This document shows positions 9,028-20,739 of a stretch of 64,000 nucleotides of DNA, piece after piece. Numbering within the stretch: position 1 is the first letter of the stretch; each line of letters begins with the position of its first letter. This DNA comes from an uncultured delta proteobacterium (GTDB taxonomy: Bacteria > Desulfobacterota > Binatia > UBA9968). The stretch spans positions 1 to 64,000 of the forward strand of contig CAVWLW010000002.1 of NCBI GenBank assembly GCA_963755715.1. The letters run 5' to 3'. The position numbers and the translations under genes are program-made. The notes under the pieces are model-generated. The model was not told the DNA's origin. It saw nothing but the letters and a program-made list of their open reading frames with translations, and ran no database searches.

Positions 9028-10489
9028 TCACAGCTGGCTATTGCGTATTAGTTGAGCGTAAAAGCTCACGCAGCGCTCATAATCCTCGATCGCTATCCGC
9101 TCGTCGATGCCGTGATATCTCTTGGTATCGTCGGGACCGAGGGTGATCGGTAAAAAGCGAAAAATATTTTTAGTCAGGGCTTGGTAGTGCCGCGAATCGG
9201 TCGCCGCCACCAACAGAGCCGGCGCGACGAGAGCTTGCGGCGCCGTTTGGCGGATGGTTCGGTGGAGCGATGCGAAGCTTGTCGATTGAATATCGGACAC
9301 GCTCGACGGTTCCAACTGCACGGGCAAGGGACGCACACTGATATTCGGGTCATCGATAGCGGCGCGCACGTGGGCGATCGCGCCGGCAACCGTTTCGCCC
9401 GGGGCGAGGCGCAAATTGATCACGGCGCTGGCTTTGGTCGGCAAAACATTTTCTTTCACCCCGGCGTTGATCATGGTCGGCGTCATGGTCGTGCGGACGA
9501 GCGCGTTGGTGAGCGGTGAACGGGTTAGCTGCTTTTTAAGCAGCGGATCGAAGAGCCAAAGATTGGCCAAAGCCAGTCTTTTCGTCCAGGACATTTCCGG
9601 GCCGAGGAATTCGAACATTTCGCGCGTCGGTTCGCTGAGTCGGGTTGGAAAAGGTCGCACTTCGAGTCTTTGGAGCGCGCGGCTCATCACGGTAATCGCT
9701 GTATGCGCGGGTGGCGCCGAGCTATGACCGCCCAGACTTTCCGCGGTCAGTTGCACGCTCAAGTAGCCTTTTTCGGCTATACCGATCAGCGCGACCGGCG
9801 CACTGACGCCGGCGATAATGCCGTTAAAAATATTCAGTCCTTCATCGAGAACGTATTCGAGCTCGACGCCGCGGGATTGTAAAAGACCGGCGATTTTTGC
9901 CGCGCCGTCGTTGCCGCCGATTTCTTCATCGTGTCCGAAAGCCAAATAGAGGGTTCTACTGGGCTCAAACCCACTCGCGAGCAAATATTCCACGGCTTCG
10001 AGTATGCCCAAAACGGCCGCCTTATCGTCCATGGCGCCGCGCCCCCAGATGAATCCGTCGGCGACTCGACCTGAAAAGGGCGGCTGATGCCAAGAAGATT
10101 CCGTCGCGGACTCTACCGGCACGACGTCCATGTGCGCCATCAACAGCAACGGTTTCAGTCGCTTGTCTTTCCCCGGCCAGGTGTAGAGCAGACTATAGCT
10201 GCCGACGGTTTCCTTGTTGAGGCTTTGGCGCAGCCGTGGAAACGATCTGTCGATAAACGCATGCAACTGGAGAAATTCGTCCAGGATTTGAATGCGCCGG
10301 TTCTTGGAGAGATAGGGTTTTGAACCGGATCGCTTCGGACAACCGCTTGACCAACGCGGCGCGATCGACGCCGATCGCTTGGAGCGGTTCACTCTGGATT
10401 TGACGCGAGTTGAAGCCCGCGGCGCGGATCAGGATAACCGTGGCGAGAATGCCGAAAAGGGCCAGGATGGTGATCGCAAATTTTTTCAT
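9028..10489 (-). CDS. M20 family peptidase (PM20D1/CPS-like); frameshift near 10285
   Basis: Signal anchor in ORF 10193..10489; MAHMDVVP, WGRGAMDDK, GHDEE, DEG, GGHSS, ATDSRHY, HGIDER in ORF 9028..10392. Confidence 0.85.
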
Positions 10490-10633
10490 TGCGGCCGGAT
10501 GGTTTGACCGAAACAGGTAGCAAGTTCGTTGGTGGACTGCAAATCGCCACGCTATTCGGCGCTCAATTTGACAAGCTGGAAGCGGTCGGATAATTTTTTA
10601 TGAAATTTACATATAGAAAAAACAGGAGGAAGA

Positions 10634-11569
10634 ATGAGCGATTTTTACAGTGCCTGGTTAGAACGGTCCAAGAGCAATCAAAAGAAAGTCGACGAAGCGC
10701 CGCGGGTCACGCGGTCCAAAGACTTAAAGTGGGAGCGCACGCCCCAGGATCACAAAGCCGCCTTGATGATCGCCCCCGAGCTCGGGTTTCCCACCGGCGG
10801 GAGCTGTCTGATGCGCGCCGAGATTCCCGTCGGCTGGCACACCGGCAAGCACTTTCACGGCGAAGAAGCCATTTATGTCGAGAGCGGCGAAGGCTTCCTG
10901 GTTCTGGACGACAAACGCTACGACTTTTTTCCTGGAACCATCTTTCACGTTCCCTATCGCTCCACGCATCAGCTCTTCAACACGGGAAAAGCGCCGGTGG
11001 GATACCTATCCGGCTTGGCCTGGCACCTCGAAGCCGACACCTACATGGGCAAGCTCGAACAGCTCGAAGAGTGCGGCGAGAACGATCCCAAGGTTTTAGC
11101 GTCATTTCCCAAAGAAGAGTCCCAGTACTGGCCCGAAGACGGCCGGCGCATCGCGCTGCACCAAAAGCAGCACGAGAAGTCCGACGAGTCCAAGCACGGC
11201 GCGACTTACTTCTTAATGGGCCGCAGCGGCAAGCAGAACGGTTTCAAGGCCACCGGGGTCGCGATCAGCTCGATCTTTGTGGACTTGCCGCACACCAAGA
11301 GCCACAGCCACGCCCATCCGGAAGCCTATCTGTATGCGCTCGAAGGGGACGGTTACTCGGAGATCGGCGGCAAACGCTACGATTGGAACCAAGGCGACGC
11401 GGTGCACGTGCCTCCGGGGATGCTGCACCACCAGCACTTCAATCCGTTTGACAGAGACATGAAGGAGCTGCGCTTCGAGTTTGGCGTGCGCTACTGGTTC
11501 GTCGATCAGTGGAAAGGTTACGTCACCATCGATAAGCACTTGAAGGCGACCACGCATATGGTCGATTGA
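10634..11569 (+). CDS. Bicupin domain protein
   Basis: Two cupin motifs: HFHGEEAIY..G.G...H and HSHAHPEAYLY..G.G...HQHFN; RBS AGGAGG. Confidence 0.85.
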   Translation: MSDFYSAWLERSKSNQKKVDEAPRVTRSKDLKWERTPQDHKAALMIAPELGFPTGGSCLMRAEIPVGWHTGKHFHGEEAIYVESGEGFLVLDDKRYDFFPGTIFHVPYRSTHQLFNTGKAPVGYLSGLAWHLEADTYMGKLEQLEECGENDPKVLASFPKEESQYWPEDGRRIALHQKQHEKSDESKHGATYFLMGRSGKQNGFKATGVAISSIFVDLPHTKSHSHAHPEAYLYALEGDGYSEIGGKRYDWNQGDAVHVPPGMLHHQHFNPFDRDMKELRFEFGVRYWFVDQWKGYVTIDKHLKATTHMVD

Positions 11570-11591
11570 AAATTCGCCCAAAGTGATCGGC

Positions 11592-11628
11592 AAAAAGCGA
11601 GCCCGCTGTAAAGTTGGCTCGCTTTTTT
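11592..11628. terminator. Intrinsic terminator, potentially bidirectional
   Basis: AAAAAGCGAGCC-loop-GGCTCGCTTTTTT after the bicupin stop. Confidence 0.8.
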
Positions 11629-11755
11629 CTAGGCCCCGCACTGCCTTTGCTTCAAGGGATAATTTTTGTTCAGTGAAGAAGCCAGGCTTAGTGGGGCGTT
11701 GGCGGATTCGCGGATTATTTGTTGCAACGGAAATGGATATCTTTTATAGAATCAG

Positions 11756-12028
11756 TTGATGGCCGAAGCGCGCAATCTCATTAATAGCGAAGCGAAGATG
11801 ATGCTCGGATTTATCGTGCGCCGATGCGCCGCCGACATCGGTCATCCGCCTTCACCCGCCGAGTTCGCCACCTGGGCCAACGGGCAAGCGCAAAATGGCA
11901 AGCATCTTTGCCTTTTCGGCAAAGAGATCTCGCCGGCGATTGCCAAAGTGATGTTCAGCCAGCCGGGCCGTCTGGTGACCGTGAGCGCGGAAGGTCTGGC
12001 GCGAATCTGGCGGGGCAACGGACGCTGA
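11756..12028 (+). CDS. Hypothetical protein
   Basis: 90-aa ORF filling an intergenic gap with plausible composition; no family recognised. Confidence 0.55.
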   Translation: MMAEARNLINSEAKMMLGFIVRRCAADIGHPPSPAEFATWANGQAQNGKHLCLFGKEISPAIAKVMFSQPGRLVTVSAEGLARIWRGNGR

Positions 12029-12056
12029 GCGGCGCTCGTCCTGATCTTAATTCTTG

Positions 12057-12470
12057 CTAGTACCCCAAGCGCGCGTCCGATGGCGAATCGATCGCAGGTT
12101 TGACCATCACAAAATACAGGATCAGGATCAGAGCAGTCACCCACAAGAAAAAAATGGCGCCGGCCGCCCGCCAATTGCGCGGCAGTTGAAAATCAGCCGT
12201 CGCCGCACGCTCCCGACAATCTTGCAAAATTTCCGGCGGTATCATCCGGATCGCTAGCCAAATGCCGATGGGCAGCAGCACCAGGTCGTCGAGGTAGCCG
12301 AAGATCGGAATAAAATCGGGAATCAAGTCAATCGGGCTAAGAGCGTAGGCGACCACGGCGGCGATCATGGTCTTGGCATACCACGGCGTGCGCGGGTCGC
12401 GGCTAGCGAGATAGAGCGCGACGAGCTCGCGCTTGAGTTGGGTTGCTTTTGCCTTAATTTTTTCCAGCAT
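12057..12470 (-). CDS. DUF1232/YkvA family membrane protein
   Basis: DPRTPWYAK..YALSPIDLIPDFIPIFGYLDD. Confidence 0.9.
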   Translation of the reverse strand: MLEKIKAKATQLKRELVALYLASRDPRTPWYAKTMIAAVVAYALSPIDLIPDFIPIFGYLDDLVLLPIGIWLAIRMIPPEILQDCRERAATADFQLPRNWRAAGAIFFLWVTALILILYFVMVKPAIDSPSDARLGY

Positions 12471-12603
12471 CGCAGAGCTTACCTTAGAGCTTAACTTGCT
12501 ACTTGCGCCGGCAGTTGTCGTTGCCCCGATCCGGTTGTCTTGTTATGCTTTCCCAGATTAGCACGATTTCGATTCCCAAAAGATTCTCAACGGAGGTTAG
12601 CAG

Positions 12604-13609
12604 GTGAAATCGGGTATTGCGTCGGTCGCCTTCGTCGCGCTGATTGTCACCGCTTGGCCCGTGAACACTGCGACGGCGCAAACCAAGCCGGATAAAATCC
12701 GCATCGGCTACGCGGCCCGCGCCGTCGCCCATTCGGTTCCGTTCGTCGCCAAGGAAGCGGGATTTTTCACAGAAGAAGGAATCGATGCGGAAATCGTCCG
12801 CACCGCCGGTCCGATTGCACCGATGGCGCTGGTCGCCAACGAAGTCGAGCTTGCCATCATGTCGGCGTACTTGATGATCCCGGTGGCGGTGCAAAACAAA
12901 GACGTGGTGATGCTCGGCGGCTTTTCGCGTTACGCTTCGATGGTGTTCGTCGCTCGGCCGGATGTGAAAGGCGCGCAGGACCTGAAAGGCAAGATCGTCG
13001 GCATCCAGCGTCCAGGCGACGCTTATGAAAAGAGCGCGCGCTTCGCTCTGCGGCATTTAGGGTTGGACGCGGACAGAGACGTGAAGATGCTGGCGCTTGG
13101 CACCAATGACGTCATGTGGAGCGCGCTGCAGACCGGACGGGTCACGGCGACGATCCTATCGCCGCCGGGAACTCTTTTCGCGCGCAAAGCGGGCATGAAT
13201 TTCATGGTTGACCTCACGGATCTTAAATTGGAATACCAAGGCTCGACGATCGCGACCCGGCGTTCTTTCGTGCAAAAAAATCCGCAACTGGCGACGCGGG
13301 CGCTGCGCGCGATCGTACGCGGCGTGAATCTCTTTCAAAACTCGTAAAGAAGAGACGATGCGGATTTTGGCAAAATTTTTGGGCACGAAAGACCGCGAGG
13401 CGCTGGAAGAATCGTGGGACTATGCCGCCAAGATGCCGGCGAAACCCTATGCGGTGGAGAGCGCGGTGCAGGCGGTCCTCGAACATTTGACCGAAAGCCA
13501 GCCGCGCTTCGCGCAGCACCGGCCGGGGGAGTTCATCGACGCGCGCTTGCTGAGCGAGATCGATAAGAGCGGCTACATCGATCGGCTTTACGGCGGCCCG
13601 ATAAAATAA
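12604..13609 (+). CDS. ABC-type substrate-binding protein (SsuA/THI5/NMT1-like); frameshift near 13333
   Basis: Signal peptide, VAKEAGFFTEEG, DLKGKIVG; C-terminal EFIDARLLSEIDKSGYIDRLY in the next frame. Confidence 0.85.
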
Positions 13610-13642
13610 GCGGGCGGAACCATTTCACGAAATCGTACTTGA

Positions 13643-15688
13643 ATGGAAAAACTGCGCGATCGAGATAACGGACAGTTCCGGCTGGTTGCCGAGTTCGAAC
13701 CCCAGGGAGATCAACCGAAGGCGATCGAGAAACTGGTCAGCGGCCTTGAGCAAAAGCGCCGCAATCAGGTGCTGCTCGGGGTGACCGGTTCCGGTAAAAC
13801 TTTCACGATGGCCAACGTGATCGCCCGGGTCAATAAGCCAACCTTGGTGATCGCGCCGAACAAAACACTCGCGGCGCAGTTATATAACGAATTTCGCGAG
13901 CTGTTTCCGGAAAACGCGGTGCGTTATTTTGTCAGCTACTACGATTACTATCAGCCGGAAGCTTACGTGCCGTCGACCGATACTTATATTGAAAAAGACG
14001 CGTCGATCAATGATGAAATCGACAAGCTGCGCCATGCCGCCACGAAAGCCTTGCTCGAACGGCGCGATACGCTGATCGTCGCCAGTGTATCGTGCATTTA
14101 CGGTCTCGGTTCGCCGGAAGCTTATTTTGAAATGATGGTCTATCTCGAAGAAGGAATGACGATCAATCGCGATCAGATGCTGCGCAAGCTGGTCGATATC
14201 CAGTACCAGCGTAGCGATTACGATTTTCATCGCGGCACTTTTCGCGTGCGCGGCGATATCGTGGAAATTTTTCCGGCCTATGAAGACCGCTCGGCGTTGC
14301 GGTTAGAGTTTTTCGACGAAACCATCGAATCGATCGGCGAGATCGATCCGATCCGCGGTAAGCTGCTGCGCCGCGTCGACAAAGCGACGATTTATCCGGC
14401 CAGCCACTATGTCACCGGCCAGGAGCGGATGAAGGAGGCGATCCGGGGCATTCGTCAGGAGCTCAAAGAGCGTCTCCCAGAACTGCGCAATCAACAGAAA
14501 CTACTCGAGGCCCAGCGCTTGGAACAGCGCACGCTTTACGATCTCGAGTTATTGGACGAGATGGGCTTTTGTCCCGGCATTGAAAACTATTCGCGCCATT
14601 TGACCGGGCGCCAAACGGGCGAGCCGCCGCCGACCCTGCTCAATTATTTTCCGGGGGATTTTTTGCTCTTCATCGATGAAAGCCACGTTACCGTGCCGCA
14701 GATCGGCGGCATGTACCGCGGCGACCGTTCGCGCAAGGAAACTTTGGTCGAATATGGCTTTCGTTTGCCCTCGGCGCTAGACAACCGGCCGCTCAATTTT
14801 ACCGAGTTCGAAGCGATGCTGAATCAAACTATCTACGTTTCGGCGACGCCGGCGGACTATGAGTTCGGCAAGAGTGAGGGCGCGGTGGTCGAGCAGTTGA
14901 TTCGTCCAACCGGATTGACGGACCCGGCGATCATCGTCCGCCCGGCGCGCAGCCAGGTCGACGATCTGTTGGAAGAGATTCGCAAACGGGTCGAGCGCAA
15001 AGAGCGGGTGTTGGTGACGACGCTGACCAAACGCATGGCGGAAGATCTGACCGAATATTATCAAGACTTGAACGTCAAGGTTCGCTACCTGCATTCCGAT
15101 ATCGAGACGATCGAGCGGGTGGAGATTATTCGTCAACTGCGCGGCGGTCAATTCGACGTCTTAGTCGGCATCAATCTGCTGCGCGAGGGGCTCGATTTGC
15201 CGGAAGTTTCTCTCGTGGCGATTCTCGATGCGGACAAGGAAGGCTTCTTGCGCTCCGAACGATCGTTGATCCAGACGATCGGCCGGGCGGCGCGCAATGT
15301 GTTTGGAACAGTGATTCTCTACGCCGACTCGATGACCGATTCGATGAAGCGAGCGATCGACGAAACCGAGCGGCGGCGCCGGTTGCAAGCGGCGTTCAAC
15401 AAAAAACACGGCATCACGCCGCAGTCGATCATCAAAGCTCTGGGCTCGCCGTTGATCAAAATCTACGAAGCGGATTATGTCGATATTCCCATCGCGGCGG
15501 AGAAGGCGGCCAAGTATGGCGCGGCGGAGTTGCCGCGCATGATCCGCAAGCTGCAAAAAGAAATGAAACAGGCGGCGGAACGGCTGGACTTTGAAGCCGC
15601 CGCGGAAATGCGCGATCGAATCCGCGAGCTGCAAAATCAAGAGCTGGCGTTGCGCGAAGCGGCGTTAGTGCCCAGCCCCGGCACGTAA
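13643..15688 (+). CDS. uvrB: Excinuclease ABC subunit B
   Basis: [37 protein letters not shown]-terminal UVR domain. Confidence 0.98.
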   Translation: MEKLRDRDNGQFRLVAEFEPQGDQPKAIEKLVSGLEQKRRNQVLLGVTGSGKTFTMANVIARVNKPTLVIAPNKTLAAQLYNEFRELFPENAVRYFVSYYDYYQPEAYVPSTDTYIEKDASINDEIDKLRHAATKALLERRDTLIVASVSCIYGLGSPEAYFEMMVYLEEGMTINRDQMLRKLVDIQYQRSDYDFHRGTFRVRGDIVEIFPAYEDRSALRLEFFDETIESIGEIDPIRGKLLRRVDKATIYPASHYVTGQERMKEAIRGIRQELKERLPELRNQQKLLEAQRLEQRTLYDLELLDEMGFCPGIENYSRHLTGRQTGEPPPTLLNYFPGDFLLFIDESHVTVPQIGGMYRGDRSRKETLVEYGFRLPSALDNRPLNFTEFEAMLNQTIYVSATPADYEFGKSEGAVVEQLIRPTGLTDPAIIVRPARSQVDDLLEEIRKRVERKERVLVTTLTKRMAEDLTEYYQDLNVKVRYLHSDIETIERVEIIRQLRGGQFDVLVGINLLREGLDLPEVSLVAILDADKEGFLRSERSLIQTIGRAARNVFGTVILYADSMTDSMKRAIDETERRRRLQAAFNKKHGITPQSIIKALGSPLIKIYEADYVDIPIAAEKAAKYGAAELPRMIRKLQKEMKQAAERLDFEAAAEMRDRIRELQNQELALREAALVPSPGT

Positions 15689-15711
15689 GCTGGCCGAACG
15701 TGCGCGGCCCT

Positions 15712-16125
15712 TCAACGGGGCTCGTTATTCGCCGCTTGCGCGACATTCACGGGGATTTCGATGGGGTCACGGAGCCGGGAATTCGTTGTGTCGCCGTCAG
15801 CTTCGGGCGCAGCATAACGCACCCAACGTACTTTGGCGCTTTCCGGCTTTTCGGTGAAGATCGTGGCGACGAAGAAAACCGCGATGGCAACGCCGCTCAG
15901 CGAGTAGAGCACGAAGGGCTGCATCGATCCGGTGGAAGCAATGTAGTCACCCCACTGGACCATGAAGCCCAAGTAATAGGTAAAAAGGTAAGTGATCAAC
16001 AGACAGATTTTCACTCGATTCAACAGCAGAAACGGCAGCAGGCTGGCAATGAAAAAGAAGATCTGCCAGATTGGAATCAGTTGGTTGAAAACCCCAAGCT
16101 TCATCAGATGATCGATATCAAACAT
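15712..16125 (-). CDS. Hypothetical membrane protein
   Basis: Three hydrophobic segments; RBS GGAG; sigma-54-like site upstream. Confidence 0.7.
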   Translation of the reverse strand: MFDIDHLMKLGVFNQLIPIWQIFFFIASLLPFLLLNRVKICLLITYLFTYYLGFMVQWGDYIASTGSMQPFVLYSLSGVAIAVFFVATIFTEKPESAKVRWVRYAAPEADGDTTNSRLRDPIEIPVNVAQAANNEPR

Positions 16126-16196
16126 TTCTTGTTCTCCAGTTTGGTTGGGCTGAGCGATATCTTACGAGTAGGATCGCGCGCTCAACGTTAAACCTC

Positions 16197-16211
16197 TCAA
16201 AACTCGTGCCA
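16197..16211 (-). promoter_or_regulatory. Sigma-54-like -24/-12 promoter
   Basis: TGGCACGAGTTTTGA: perfect -24 box, -12 variant TTGA. Confidence 0.5.
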
Positions 16212-16380
16212 CGGGCGAGCAGGTTGTTTGCGAGAATTTTGCGGAAAGATTTGCAGAATATTTAGCGCAAACTGCGAAAAATGTGCATTGAAGAGCAAAG
16301 ATGTACCGGAGAAGTCGGCTGTCTTAATCCTTGATGGTAAGGCGACAATCGATGCCTGCGGCATATCAAATTAAACTGAG

Positions 16381-18234
16381 TTGTCGATGAGTGTCATGAC
16401 GGAAAAATGGGTCAACCTGCCGTCGCGTCCCGGCGTCTACTTGATGCGCGACAAAGGCGGCAAAGTCATCTATGTCGGCAAAGCCAAAGACCTGCGCTCA
16501 CGGGTGCGCGCTTATTTCAACAGTGCCGACGAACGATCGCAAATTCAGTTCCTGGTGCGCCGCGTCGAAGACATCGAAACCCTGGTTACCGCCAGCGACA
16601 AGGAAGCGCTGATCCTCGAAAACAATCTGATCAAGCAGTACAAGCCGCGCTACAACATTCGCCTCAAAGACGACAAGAGTTATCTCAGCATCAAAGTGAC
16701 CACAGCGCATCCCTGGCCGCGCATTTTCACCACCCGCAAGATCGTCAAAGACGGCAGCCGCTACTTCGGACCCTTTTCGTCGGCGGTGGCGGCGCGCGAA
16801 ACCATCGACATCATCGAAAAGCATTTTTTGCTGCGCAACTGCACCGATCACAATTTCCGCAATCGCAGCCGGCCTTGCCTGCAGTATCAAATCAAACGCT
16901 GCATGGCCCCCTGCGTGCTGCCGGTGTCCGAGGAACTCTACCGCGAGCAGGTCCGCCAGGCGATGCTGTTCATCGACGGCAAACGCCAGGAGCTGTTGAG
17001 CGAGTTGAAACAACGAATGCGGGAAAAGTCGGATACCCTGGAGTTCGAAGCGGCGGCGCGTATTCGCGATCAGATCCAGGCAGTGGAAAAGACGCTGGAG
17101 AAGCAGCGGATGGTGTCGCACTGGGGCGCCGATCAGGATATCTTCGGTCTTTATCGCGAAGGGGGATTTATCGAAGTGCAGGTGTTGTTGGTGCGCCAGG
17201 GCAAGCTGACGGACAATCACTCCTATTCTCTGGAGGATCTCGAATTTCCCGACGAGGAAATCGTCGCTTCCGTCCTTACCCAGTTTTATCAGGGACACCG
17301 CTTTATTCCCGACGAGATTCTGTTGCCGGTCGAGCTCGAAGATCGCGCCGCACGCGAAGAGTATCTGAGCGAGCGCAAGGACAAGCGAGTCGAGATCCTT
17401 TGCCCGCAACGGGGTGACAGGCGCCATTTGGTTCAAATGGCGCAAGAGAACGCGGCGCAAAGTTTTGCCGAACGGCATGACCAGGAAAAAGCTCGGGAGA
17501 AAATGCTTCGCGAGCTGCAGCAGCATCTGCGCCTGAAGGGTTATCCGCAGCGGATCGAATGCTTCGATATCTCGACCATTCACGGCGCGCACGCGGTCGG
17601 TTCCATGGTGACGTTTATTAACGGCGAGCCGGATAAGAACCTTTATCGCCATTTTCGTATCAAGACCATCGACGCCTCTTCGGGCGGTGACGACTTCGGC
17701 ATGATGCTCGAGATGCTCAAGCGTCGCTTCGCGCGCGGCAAGGAGGAGGCCGATCTGCCGGATTTGATCGTTGTCGACGGCGGCAAGGGGCAGCTCGCGA
17801 TGGCGCTCACGGCGATGGCGGAGCTCGGCATCGAAAACGTGGAAGCCGTCGGTCTCGCTAAGATGCGCGTGCAAGCGGCGGCACGCAGCACGGAGATCGA
17901 GAGAACCGAAGAGCGGGTGTTTTTACCGGGACAAAGTAACCCCGTGATCCTCAGGCGCAACTCCAATGCGCTTTTTCTGCTCCAACGCGTGCGCGACGAA
18001 GCGCATCGCTTCGCGATCACGCATCATCGCAAACTGCGCTCGAAACAAACGCTTTACTCCGCCCTTGACCGGATTCCCGGCGTCGGTGGCACGCGCAAGC
18101 GCGCCCTGCTGCGCGCCTTCGGCAGCGTCAAGCGCATCGAGGAAGCGAGTCTCGAAGAATTACTGAAAGTACCGTCGATGAACGAGCGGGTGGCGCAGGA
18201 TATTCTGCAAGCCTTGCATGACGCGCCGCAGTGA
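16381..18234 (+). CDS. uvrC: Excinuclease ABC subunit C
   Basis: GIY-YIG (PGVYLM..YVGKAK.LR.RV), Cys cluster, RIECFDIS, VDGGKGQ, RDEAHRFA, HhH tail. Confidence 0.98.
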   Translation: MSMSVMTEKWVNLPSRPGVYLMRDKGGKVIYVGKAKDLRSRVRAYFNSADERSQIQFLVRRVEDIETLVTASDKEALILENNLIKQYKPRYNIRLKDDKSYLSIKVTTAHPWPRIFTTRKIVKDGSRYFGPFSSAVAARETIDIIEKHFLLRNCTDHNFRNRSRPCLQYQIKRCMAPCVLPVSEELYREQVRQAMLFIDGKRQELLSELKQRMREKSDTLEFEAAARIRDQIQAVEKTLEKQRMVSHWGADQDIFGLYREGGFIEVQVLLVRQGKLTDNHSYSLEDLEFPDEEIVASVLTQFYQGHRFIPDEILLPVELEDRAAREEYLSERKDKRVEILCPQRGDRRHLVQMAQENAAQSFAERHDQEKAREKMLRELQQHLRLKGYPQRIECFDISTIHGAHAVGSMVTFINGEPDKNLYRHFRIKTIDASSGGDDFGMMLEMLKRRFARGKEEADLPDLIVVDGGKGQLAMALTAMAELGIENVEAVGLAKMRVQAAARSTEIERTEERVFLPGQSNPVILRRNSNALFLLQRVRDEAHRFAITHHRKLRSKQTLYSALDRIPGVGGTRKRALLRAFGSVKRIEEASLEELLKVPSMNERVAQDILQALHDAPQ

Positions 18235-18237
18235 GAA

Positions 18238-20724
18238 TTGGCTATGCCTTCGGCCCAACCTCGATCGAGCGATGGAACAGATAGCGGTTTTCATCCCTCG
18301 GCTTGGTTGATCGTTCCGACGGTTTCTTTGCTTGCGGGTCAGGCGCTTGCCGCTGCGCCGTGGGCGATCTCGCCGTTCGCCGGCGCCGCATCATTATTGC
18401 CGCTGAGCTTTGTCATCTCGCCGCGTTGGCGCCGCTGGGCATTGCTCGTCTTCTTTGCCGCGCTGACCTTTGCCTTCGGCTACGTGCGCCATCGTCAACT
18501 GCTCTATCCGGAGTTTTCAGAAGATCATTTGCGTTCGGTGATGGCGCAGGAAGCGCGGCTTTATCTGGAGGGCACGCTGCGCCATGAACCGGAAAAACTC
18601 ACAAGCCGCAGCCGTTGGCAGGTTCGCGCCGAGCGGATTTGGCAACCGACCGGGGCGCAAGAAATCACCGGGGACATTTTGCTCGGCGTGCGTGCCGTGC
18701 GCCGCGAGTGGCGTTACGGCGACCGGGTGCGGTTTTGGATTCGTCCTTCGATCCCGCAAGACAGCGGTAATCCGGGCGGCTTTAACTATGCGACTTACCT
18801 GGCGCAGCGGGATATTTACGTCACCGGCTTTCTCGACAGCGACGAAGAAGTTGAACTATTGGCGCGCCAACCGGGCGCGGCGCGGGATCTTATCGAAAGA
18901 CTCCGGCGCCAAATCCGCCTTTTCATCGATCGCAGTTTTTCGCAAACCAACGGTGGGTTGCTCAAGGCGTTGGTCGTCGGCGATATGGGCGGCATCACCA
19001 AAGAGACGCGCGCCGCTTTTACCGCCGCGGGGGTCAACCACGTGCTGTCGATTTCCGGCCTGCATGTCGCCATGCTCGGTTTGGTGGTGTTTGGGCTGAT
19101 TCGTCACATCGGTTCGCTGAGCGCCTTTTTATTGCTCCGCTGCAACTTGCTCAAGCTTGCCACTTTTGGCTCTTTTGTCGCCGTCGTGTTTTACACAGCC
19201 TTGGCCGGCGCGATGGTGCCGACGGTGCGCTCGGCGATCATGATCGGCGTTTATGAATTAGCCGTGCTGCTCGATCGTGAAGAAGAGGTCTTCGCGAGCC
19301 TGACGTTGGCAGCGCTGCTGATCGCTTTGATTTGGCCCGCAGTGATCGCCGACATTTCCTTTCAGCTCTCCTTTCTCGCGGTGCTCTTTATCGTCTGGGG
19401 GATGCGTAAAATCCATGAATGGTTTCCGATCAAGAAAAGCGACGAGTTGCCGCAGGAAAAAAGCTGGCTTTGGCCGCGCCTTAGACAAGGCGGCATGCAC
19501 CTCGCGGTGCCGGTTTTGGCGACCCTCGGCACGGGGCCGTTGATCGCGCACTATTTCGGTCATCTATCGCTCGCCGGCTTTGTCGCCAACCCGTTGATCG
19601 TGCCGCTGGTCGGTTTTGTCGTCGTGCCGTTGGGTCTCGGCATCGGCTTCTTGTCGGTCATTGCGCCCGAACTTGGCCTATTTGTCGTTGGTGTTGCGGA
19701 GAAACTGTTGTCCCTCACCGGCTGGATGGTCGATATCTTCGCGCGCTTACCGCTGGCTAATTTTGCCGTGCCATCGCCGAATGCTTGGGAAGTCGCGCTT
19801 CTCTACGGACTTCTTCTCGGCACCCTCGCGCTCAGGAAAAGGATTCATTTAGGCGCGCTGCTTGCGCTCGCGCTGATCGCGCTCGGAACGAGCGGCGCCT
19901 ATTGGTGGGGCGAGCGCCAGCAACGCCAAGAATTACGCGTGACCCATCTCAACGTCGGCCAAGGGGCCGCGGCGGTGATTGAGTTGCCCGGCTCGAAAGT
20001 ATTCTTGATCGACGCCGGCGGCACCGCGACGTCGGATTTCGATACGGGGGAAGGAATCATTGCGCCGTTTCTGCGTTCGCGAAAGATTCTCAAGGTCGAT
20101 TATCTTGTGGTGACGCACCCGCGAATCGACCACTACGGCGGCATGCGTACGATCGTCAACGAATTCGCGCCGAAAGAATTCTGGTCCGGCGCGGCCAAAG
20201 GCCAAACCCGCCGCTTCGAGGATCTGGAGGAGACGCTGGAAAAATCGCAAATCACGCGCGTTGCTTTGCACGACGGCGAAGCATGCCGAGTTGTCGAGCA
20301 GGTCAGGTTTTGCTCTCTTTATCCGCCGCGTGAGCGAGCCGCGGAAGGTTCGGTGGTGATCCGGATCGAGTACGGCAAGTTTAGCCACTTATTTTCCAGC
20401 GATATCGATAAGCGCGATGAAGCCCTATTGGCGGAAAATACTGGCGAGCTTCGCAGTGCGGTGACGACCGTACCGCGCCACGGTAGCGCGACGGCGAGCA
20501 CCGAACAGTTCTTGACAGCGGTGCAGCCGAAACTTGCGATCCTATCCGCTGGCGCGCGCAACCGCTCTGAAGCGCAGCGCGAAGAAGTCGTCGAGCGCTA
20601 TCAGAAAGCAGGCGCCGAGGTGCTGCGCACCTACGAAGACGGCGCAATTATCTTGGAGACGGACGGTAAGCAACTGCGGTATACGGGATTTAAAAGCGGT
20701 AAAAACGGCGAGGTAACTTTTTAG
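18238..20724 (+). CDS. comEC: DNA internalization competence protein ComEC/Rec2
   Basis: NPGGFNY, HVLSISGLH, RSAIM, SFQLSF, C-terminal MBL-like domain (NVGQG, IDAGG, RTYEDGAI). Confidence 0.93.
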   Translation: MAMPSAQPRSSDGTDSGFHPSAWLIVPTVSLLAGQALAAAPWAISPFAGAASLLPLSFVISPRWRRWALLVFFAALTFAFGYVRHRQLLYPEFSEDHLRSVMAQEARLYLEGTLRHEPEKLTSRSRWQVRAERIWQPTGAQEITGDILLGVRAVRREWRYGDRVRFWIRPSIPQDSGNPGGFNYATYLAQRDIYVTGFLDSDEEVELLARQPGAARDLIERLRRQIRLFIDRSFSQTNGGLLKALVVGDMGGITKETRAAFTAAGVNHVLSISGLHVAMLGLVVFGLIRHIGSLSAFLLLRCNLLKLATFGSFVAVVFYTALAGAMVPTVRSAIMIGVYELAVLLDREEEVFASLTLAALLIALIWPAVIADISFQLSFLAVLFIVWGMRKIHEWFPIKKSDELPQEKSWLWPRLRQGGMHLAVPVLATLGTGPLIAHYFGHLSLAGFVANPLIVPLVGFVVVPLGLGIGFLSVIAPELGLFVVGVAEKLLSLTGWMVDIFARLPLANFAVPSPNAWEVALLYGLLLGTLALRKRIHLGALLALALIALGTSGAYWWGERQQRQELRVTHLNVGQGAAAVIELPGSKVFLIDAGGTATSDFDTGEGIIAPFLRSRKILKVDYLVVTHPRIDHYGGMRTIVNEFAPKEFWSGAAKGQTRRFEDLEETLEKSQITRVALHDGEACRVVEQVRFCSLYPPRERAAEGSVVIRIEYGKFSHLFSSDIDKRDEALLAENTGELRSAVTTVPRHGSATASTEQFLTAVQPKLAILSAGARNRSEAQREEVVERYQKAGAEVLRTYEDGAIILETDGKQLRYTGFKSGKNGEVTF

Positions 20725-20739
20725 TCGACGGGAATTCTT

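Noticed and set aside
13610-13642. LexA box upstream of uvrB
   Set aside because: No match to any LexA consensus I can support
16498-17874. Long antisense or alternate-frame ORFs (also 7950-8963, 34194-35294, 47757-48863, 52182-53342, 56166-57305)
   Set aside because: Shadow ORFs of well-supported genes, expected from GC-rich codon bias; no recognisable motifs
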